In this document: one piece after another, positions 27,201-32,000 of the stretch
Layout: every line of letters starts with the position of its first letter
Position numbering within the stretch: position 1 is the stretch's first letter
NCBI GenBank assembly: GCA_963675515.1
Contig: OY776328.1
Coordinates: forward strand, 990,001 to 1,022,000
Direction of reading: 5' to 3'
Source of the DNA: Coprobacillaceae bacterium
GTDB lineage: Bacteria > Bacillota_I > Bacilli_A > Erysipelotrichales > Coprobacillaceae
DNA: 32,000 bases
Made by a program: the position numbers and the translations under genes
Notes under the pieces: model-generated
The model's database searches: none
The model's input: only the letters and a program-made list of their open reading frames with translations
Told to the model about the DNA's origin: nothing

Positions 27201-27991
27201 TCATTCCGGTATTCCCGGGTACAAACTGCGAATGGGACAGCCAACGGGCCTTCCTTAAAGCGGGAGCCGACGTTGAGCTGGTGCAGATCCGCAACCTTAC
27301 TTCAGCTATGCTGGGAGAATCAATTGACGCATTGGAAGCCGCAATCAAAAAAGCGAACATCGTCATGCTTCCTGGTGGATTCTCGGCTGGTGACGAACCT
27401 GAAGGTTCAGCCAAATTCATCGCGACATTCCTGCGCAACCCTAAATTGAAGGCGGCACTGGAAGACCTGCTTGAAAACCGTGACGGTCTGATGATCGGTA
27501 TCTGCAACGGATTCCAGGCATTGGTTAAGTTGGGACTTCTTCCTTATGGCCACATCAAGGAGATGGATGCCAGCGATCCGACCCTTACTTTCAACACATT
27601 GAACCGCCACGTTTCGCAATTCGTCGATACCCGCATCGGTTCGGTGAATTCGCCATGGCTTGCCAATGTCGGTGTCGGTGATGTCCACACTATCCCGGTA
27701 TCACACGGGGAAGGACGCTTCGTAGCCAACGAGGAAGTCATCGAAGAATTGTTCAAGAACGGACAGGTATTTTCGCAATATGTCGACCGCGATTTCAAAC
27801 CGACGATGGAAACACCATACAATCCTAACGGATCGATGGCAGCCATCGAAGGTCTGGTTTCAAAAAATGGCCGGATCATCGGTAAGATGGGTCACAGCGA
27901 ACGTCAAGGCGACAACCGCTATAAAAACATTTATGGACGTTTCGATCAGATGTTGTTCGAAGCCGGTGTAAATTATTTCAAAAAAGGATAG
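24236..27991 (+). CDS. purL: Phosphoribosylformylglycinamidine synthase, single-polypeptide (PurS-like + PurL + PurQ domains fused)
   Basis: 1251 aa. An N-terminal PurS-like region is followed by FGAM synthetase domains ([25 protein letters not shown]) and a C-terminal glutamine amidotransferase domain with GICNGFQAL and HSERQ. Confidence 0.95.
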   Translation: [1251 protein letters not shown]

Positions 27992-28000
27992 GAGACTTAC

Positions 28001-29296
28001 ATGTTAGATAGATATTCACGTGAAGTGATGCGCAATATTTGGAGTGAACAAAGCAAGTTCGATGCCTGGTTGAAGGTTGAAATCCTTGCTTGTGAAGCCT
28101 GGTCTTCTTTGGGGGAAATCCCTGAAGAAGATGTCAAGGCTTTATGGGACAACGCTTCTTTCGACATTGACCGCATCTATGAAATTGAACAGGAAACACG
28201 CCATGACGTTGTTGCCTTCACCCGTGCCGTATCGGAAACTTGCGGACCGGAAAAGAAATGGGTCCACTACGGTCTGACCTCAACTGACGTTGTCGACACA
28301 GCTTATGGTTACCTTTACAAACAGGCAAACGTGATCCTGCGCGAAGATTTGAAAGCCTTCATGGAAACCCTGCACACCCAGGCTCTTAAATACAAAGACA
28401 CCGTGTGCATGGGTCGTACCCATGGAGTCCATGCCGAAATCACAACTTTCGGACTGAAATTCGCCCTATGGTATGAGGAAATGAAACGGAACATGGAGCG
28501 CTTCGAAGCTGCCTGCGGAGCAGTTGAAGCGGGAAAAATTTCCGGAGCTGTCGGTACATTCGCCAACACGCCACCTCAGGTCCAGGACTATGTCTGCGAT
28601 AAGCTGGGAATCAACTCATCGGCGATCTCGACTCAGACTTTGCAACGTGACCGTCATGCCCAATACTTCGCAACATTGGCTTTGATCGGTTCGTCTCTTG
28701 AAAAAATGGCTACTGAAATCCGTCATCTTCAAAGAACCGAAGTCCGCGAAGTTGAAGAATACTTCCGCAAAGGACAAAAAGGCTCTTCAGCGATGCCCCA
28801 TAAACGCAATCCGATCTCTTCGGAAAACATCTGCGGATGCGCCCGTGTGCTACGCGGTTACATGCTTACTTCATATGAAAACATTCCTTTATGGCATGAA
28901 CGCGACATTTCCCATTCATCGGCGGAACGTCTGATCGCTCCTGATGCGACAGCCTTGCTTGATTACATGCTTGTCCGTTTCAACGGAATCCTTGCCAACC
29001 TGACGGTTTTCGAAGACAACATGCTGGAAAACATCAACAAGACATATGGTGTTATCTTCTCGCAACGTTTCATGTTGAAACTAATCGAAAAAGGATGGAC
29101 CCGTGAGCAGGCTTACGACACGGTTCAGCCAAACGCAATCAAATCATGGGAAAACAAGATTCCATTCAAGTCATTGATGGAAGACACCCAGAAAGTCCGC
29201 GAAACTTTGACCCAGGAAGAAATCGATGATTGTTTCAATCCGGCTTACCAGGTCAAAAACGTCGACGTCATCTTCAAAAGAGTCGGCTTGTTATAA
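28001..29296 (+). CDS. purB: Adenylosuccinate lyase
   Basis: 431 aa, with the signature [11 protein letters not shown] and [10 protein letters not shown]. Confidence 0.95.
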   Translation: MLDRYSREVMRNIWSEQSKFDAWLKVEILACEAWSSLGEIPEEDVKALWDNASFDIDRIYEIEQETRHDVVAFTRAVSETCGPEKKWVHYGLTSTDVVDTAYGYLYKQANVILREDLKAFMETLHTQALKYKDTVCMGRTHGVHAEITTFGLKFALWYEEMKRNMERFEAACGAVEAGKISGAVGTFANTPPQVQDYVCDKLGINSSAISTQTLQRDRHAQYFATLALIGSSLEKMATEIRHLQRTEVREVEEYFRKGQKGSSAMPHKRNPISSENICGCARVLRGYMLTSYENIPLWHERDISHSSAERLIAPDATALLDYMLVRFNGILANLTVFEDNMLENINKTYGVIFSQRFMLKLIEKGWTREQAYDTVQPNAIKSWENKIPFKSLMEDTQKVRETLTQEEIDDCFNPAYQVKNVDVIFKRVGLL

Positions 29297-29301
29297 TATT
29301 C

Positions 29302-29335
29302 AACTCTGTCTGTTTATCAGGCGGAGTTTTTCTTT
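29302..29335 (+). terminator. Rho-independent terminator of the fhs-pur operon
   Basis: AACTCTGTCTG-tttat-CAGGCGGAGTT (two G-U pairs) followed by TTTTTCTTT, 6 nt after the purB stop. Confidence 0.8.
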
Positions 29336-29373
29336 GCATCTGTTATTGTCGTTACTTCTATTTAACTTGAAAT

Positions 29374-29600
29374 ATGAAACTGAAGATTGTTTCCTTATTT
29401 CAAGTTGGTGATTCAAATTGAAATATGAGGATCGTTATTTTTTGGTCGTAACAAAGTTTACTGAAGATGATAGTATAGTCATGGCATAAGGTAAAAGAGT
29501 CGTTGACGATGAGTATTTGGCATTGATTGATATCATAAATTATTATGAAACAAAGGTGAAACTTGCTTTGGCAATAGATCCAGAGAAATCGGAAAGTTGA
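29374..29600 (+). pseudogene. Possible decayed small gene (one frameshift plus an in-frame TAA)
   Basis: ATG 29374 gives MKLKIVSLFQVGDSN followed by a stop. A second frame from 29418 reads LKYEDRYFLVVTKFTEDDSIVMA, then TAA (29487-29489), then continues in the same frame as GKRVVDDEYLALIDIINYYETKVKLALAIDPEKSES to TGA at 29598-29600. The text looks protein-like but is interrupted, and I recognise no family. Confidence 0.3.
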
Positions 29601-29649
29601 AATTTGAGACAGAATATAGAATAAAGGCCCTGCAAGAAAGGGTGATAAT

Positions 29650-29799
29650 ATGTGTAAAATTAAGAATGCTGCTAGTGTTAGAGAAATAGCCAGGAAAAAA
29701 CAAAGTAGCCAATATGGTATAGAGCAGATTAAATATAACGCAGTATCAAATAGAAGCCCCGTTTTTGATTACAGAGCTGCTGAGGGGAAAAAAAATTAA
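29650..29799 (+). CDS. Small hypothetical ORF (49 aa), below the ORF-track cutoff
   Basis: ATG 29650 is preceded by AAAGGGTGA. The translation is MCKIKNAASVREIARKKQSSQYGIEQIKYNAVSNRSPVFDYRAAEGKKN and it ends at TAA 29797-29799. There is no recognisable family, and it may be a gene fragment. Confidence 0.25.
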   Translation: MCKIKNAASVREIARKKQSSQYGIEQIKYNAVSNRSPVFDYRAAEGKKN

Positions 29800-29874
29800 G
29801 ACACAAAGTGCTACAAGTCAAGTAATGATACATTGATAATATTAGTCTTAAATTTCAATAATTGTAAATATCAT

Positions 29875-29906
29875 ACTCCGCATGTTTATCAGGTGGAGTT
29901 TTTTTT
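29875..29906 (+). terminator. Second copy of the purB-type terminator hairpin
   Basis: ACTCCGCATG-tttat-CAGGTGGAGT followed by T8. It shares the core TGTTTATCAGG(C/T)GGAGTTTTT and the flanking AATAT with the 29302-29335 terminator. Confidence 0.6.
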
Positions 29907-29933
29907 GTATAATGATTGAAGGAGGTAATGCAT

Positions 29934-30647
29934 ATGGATTTTACCAATAGAGTTGTTGTGATAACCGGGGGTGCCCGCGGGATCGGAGCGGCGATGGCCA
30001 AGGCATTCGAGAAGGCCGGGGCCAAGGTGGCAATCATCGATATCCTGGAAAACGATTATTTTGTGGGCGATATCGCCAAACCTGAAACGCTCGAGGATTT
30101 TCACGACAAGGTCATAAGTGATTTTGGCCATATCGACTTTCTTGTCAACAATGCCATGCCGCTGTTCAAGGGGATAGGCGCATGTTCCTACGAGCAGTTC
30201 AATTACGCCCTGCAGGTTGGAGTCAGTGCACCTTTCTATCTGACCAAGCTTTTCCTTGATGATTTTTCCAAGGATGGGGCAATTGTCAATATCTCGTCTT
30301 CGCGCGAGAAGATGTCCCAGCCCCAAAGCGAGAGCTATACGGCCGCCAAAGGGGCCATATCGGCGCTTACCCGTTCGCTGGCCATCAGCCTTGGCGGCAA
30401 GGTCCGGGTCAATTCCGTATCCCCAGGCTGGATCGACACGAGAAACCAGGAACACCATGGTCCGGATGCGACGCAACATCCCGTAAAAAGGGTCGGGAAA
30501 CCCGAAGATATCGTGAATGCGGTCATGTTCCTGTGCTCGAAGGAATCGGGATTCATTACCGGCGAAAATATCTGCGTCGACGGCGGGATGACCAAGCTGA
30601 TGATCTACCATGACGACTTTGGCTGGAGCTACAACGACAATGAGTAG
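29934..30647 (+). CDS. SDR family oxidoreductase (classical short-chain dehydrogenase)
   Basis: Start is at ATG 29934, 8 nt after GGAGG (29921-29925). Motifs are TGGARGIG (cofactor binding), NNAM, a Ser (ISSS) and YTAAK (the YxxxK catalytic motif). Product is 237 aa. Confidence 0.9.
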   Translation: MDFTNRVVVITGGARGIGAAMAKAFEKAGAKVAIIDILENDYFVGDIAKPETLEDFHDKVISDFGHIDFLVNNAMPLFKGIGACSYEQFNYALQVGVSAPFYLTKLFLDDFSKDGAIVNISSSREKMSQPQSESYTAAKGAISALTRSLAISLGGKVRVNSVSPGWIDTRNQEHHGPDATQHPVKRVGKPEDIVNAVMFLCSKESGFITGENICVDGGMTKLMIYHDDFGWSYNDNE

Positions 30648-30689
30648 ACAATCGGGTCAGGCAATAAGTCAAGAAGCGGAGGTGATTGG

Positions 30690-31574
30690 ATGTTTTTGAT
30701 GCAAAGAATCGAGGAGCTGATGGTCAATTACAAGGATGCCCGCCATACGGTCGGGGAATTTGTGCTCAATGAAAAAGCGAATCTGGCAAACTACACAATC
30801 GCCCAGATCGCCCAGAAGACATATACGTCCAAGGCGACGGTGGTCCGGTTCGCCAAGACATTAGGCTTTGAGGGCTGGAAGGAGTTCAAGAAAGATTATC
30901 TGATGGAGCTTAGCTATCGGGATAGCCACAGCAAGGATGTGGATGTCAATATTCCCTTTAAAAAAGGGGACAGCCTTGATTCGGTTGTGGCCAATATGAT
31001 GAACCTCCAGATCGAAAGTGTGAGAGATACAGCCGACCTTCTTGACTATGCCATGGTCGAAAAAGCGGTGACATACCTCAAACAGGCCCGCCACGTCGCC
31101 ATCTTCGGGGTCAGCCCCAACGATTATCTGGGCCAACTGTTCAAAAGGAAACTTCTTTCAATCTCCAAGCATGCCGATGTGGTGCAGTTCAGTGAAATCG
31201 GGCTGATGTCCAAATACCTTACCAAGGAGGATTGCGCCATCGTTATTTCCTATTCGGGCAACGTCAAATTTTCCGAACCGATGGGCAGCCTCAAGACGAT
31301 GATAAAAAACAAGGTTCCGATTATCGGAATCACCAGTGGCGGGGACAACTTCATCAGGAACAATGTCGATTGTGTTTTGACCATATCCTCAAGGGAAAGA
31401 CTCTATTCCAAAATATCGAACTTCGCTACTGAGAACTCGATCAACTTCATCCTGAATGTGCTCTTTGCAAGATATTTCATGGAAGATTACGATCGCAATC
31501 TAATCTACAAGATCCAGAATGCGAAAGATCTCGAGAGCGACCGGATTGCCACTTTGAAAGAAATGAAAGATTGA
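30690..31574 (+). CDS. MurR/RpiR family transcriptional regulator (HTH_6 + SIS domain)
   Basis: 294 aa. The N-terminal HTH is YTIAQIAQKTYTSKATVVRFAKTLGFEGWKEFK, and the SIS domain contains HVAIFGVSPNDYLG and VISYSGN. The RBS is GGAGGTGA. Confidence 0.9.
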   Translation: MFLMQRIEELMVNYKDARHTVGEFVLNEKANLANYTIAQIAQKTYTSKATVVRFAKTLGFEGWKEFKKDYLMELSYRDSHSKDVDVNIPFKKGDSLDSVVANMMNLQIESVRDTADLLDYAMVEKAVTYLKQARHVAIFGVSPNDYLGQLFKRKLLSISKHADVVQFSEIGLMSKYLTKEDCAIVISYSGNVKFSEPMGSLKTMIKNKVPIIGITSGGDNFIRNNVDCVLTISSRERLYSKISNFATENSINFILNVLFARYFMEDYDRNLIYKIQNAKDLESDRIATLKEMKD

Positions 31575-31576
31575 TG

Positions 31577-31600
31577 ACGACTGGATTCCAGTCGTTTTTT
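31577..31600 (+). terminator. Rho-independent terminator after the RpiR gene
   Basis: ACGACTGG-att-CCAGTCGT followed by T6, starting 3 nt after the stop. Confidence 0.85.
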
Positions 31601-31808
31601 CTCGTAAAAGTTCCATGAAGTTTCACGTTTTTTTAGTGCTGGATGCGTTTTCATGAAACTCCGGTTCACATTCGGGGGAATTGTTGAAAAAGGAAAATAT
31701 CGGTGCTAGTATCTAGTCATGGATGTTCGATACATCCGATTTTGTCGGGTCTAAGCTGGAATTGCATGCACCGGTTTGGATCGACCCAAAGTCCAAGAGG
31801 AGAAATAA

Positions 31809-32000
31809 ATGAGTAAAAAATATGAGAGCCTGGCCAAAGACATTGTCGCAAATGTCGGTGGCAAGGAAAATGTATCCAATGTATATCATTGCATGACTAG
31901 GCTGCGCTTCACTTTGGCAAACAACGCCAAGGCCGACAAGGAAGCCCTGGAGAGTCTTGATGGCGTGACGAAGGTCATCATCAATGCGGGAGTCTATCAG
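31809..32000 (+). CDS. PTS sugar transporter, EIIB domain of an EIIBC(A) permease (glucose/sucrose/MurNAc class); 5' partial that runs off the window
   Basis: It is not in the ORF track because there is no stop in the window. My translation is MSKKYESLAKDIVANVGGKENVSNVYHCMTRLRFTLANNAKADKEALESLDGVTKVIINAGVYQ. It contains the phospho-cysteine motif HCMTRLRF. A GAGGAG RBS lies at 31797-31802. Confidence 0.85.
   Translation, partial: MSKKYESLAKDIVANVGGKENVSNVYHCMTRLRFTLANNAKADKEALESLDGVTKVIINAGVYQ

Noticed and set aside
24770-27879. Many antisense or off-frame ORFs of 60-160 aa inside purL. The same occurs inside fhs, purH, purD, cbiMQO, capA (for example 16666-17151), the GGGtGRT gene (14638-15030) and the SDR gene (29889-30611).
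   Set aside because: They lie fully within strongly supported genes, show Arg/Ser/Pro-rich compositions typical of shadow frames, and lack an RBS. The 240-aa ORF at 29889-30611 is the antisense shadow of the GC-rich SDR gene.
31601-31808. Leader of the PTS gene: inverted repeats AGTTTCA...TGAAACT (31618-31659) and GGATGT-tcgat-ACATCC (31730-31746), considered as a RAT/antiterminator or an RpiR operator.
   Set aside because: There is no match to the BglG/SacY RAT consensus as I recall it, and no antiterminator gene is nearby. The stems are short. These may still be an RpiR site, but the sequence alone does not support a call.
1-32000. I scanned for CRISPR arrays, tRNA/rRNA genes, integrase/att sites and tandem repeats.
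   Set aside because: I saw no regularly spaced direct repeats, no tRNA-like T-arm (GGTTCGAATCC-type) motifs, no rRNA-like sequence and no recombinase ORF. The only mobile signature is the TnpB element.

Overview
Chromosomal segment from a low-GC Gram-positive (Bacillota-like) anaerobe; I cannot assign a taxon from sequence alone. Left to right: (1) 1-3606, a redox and electrophile detoxification cluster: an NAD(P)H quinone oxidoreductase, then a MerR-led operon of 4-OT tautomerase, Isf-type Fe-S flavoprotein, nitroreductase and aldo/keto reductase. (2) 3978-6710, a GC-rich ECF-type Co/Ni uptake operon, cbiM(PDGLE fusion)-cbiQ-cbiO. (3) 6880-9063, two convergent aldo/keto reductase genes. (4) 9374-12440, an AT-rich stretch with a lipoprotein, a frameshifted Cof-type HAD phosphatase and a MATE efflux pump. 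(5) about 12640-14120, a TnpA-less IS200/IS605-family element carrying an intact TnpB nuclease gene, matching subterminal hairpins and a structured 3' omega-RNA-like region. It is inserted into the T-tail of the MATE terminator. (6) 14151-15955 on the minus strand, a two-gene module of unknown function (NifU-like Cys-rich protein plus GGGtGRT-motif protein) behind a perfect consensus sigma-A promoter. (7) A CapA-family protein. (8) 17181-29335, a ZTP (pfl-motif) riboswitch with a terminator expression platform, followed by a tightly packed operon fhs-purC-purM-purN-purH-purD-purL(single chain)-purB. (9) 29296-29906, an odd AT-rich spacer bracketed by two copies of the same terminator hairpin and containing decayed small ORFs. 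(10) An SDR oxidoreductase, an RpiR/MurR regulator and the 5' end of a PTS EIIB(C) gene that the ORF track does not list. I saw no rRNA, tRNA or CRISPR array. The items most worth follow-up are the uncharacterised GGGtGRT/NifU-like module, the TnpB/omega-RNA element, four look-alike MerR-type 19-bp-spacer promoters (one drives the metal-uptake operon), and the ZTP riboswitch. All calls rest on reading motifs and structures by eye; no database search was possible.
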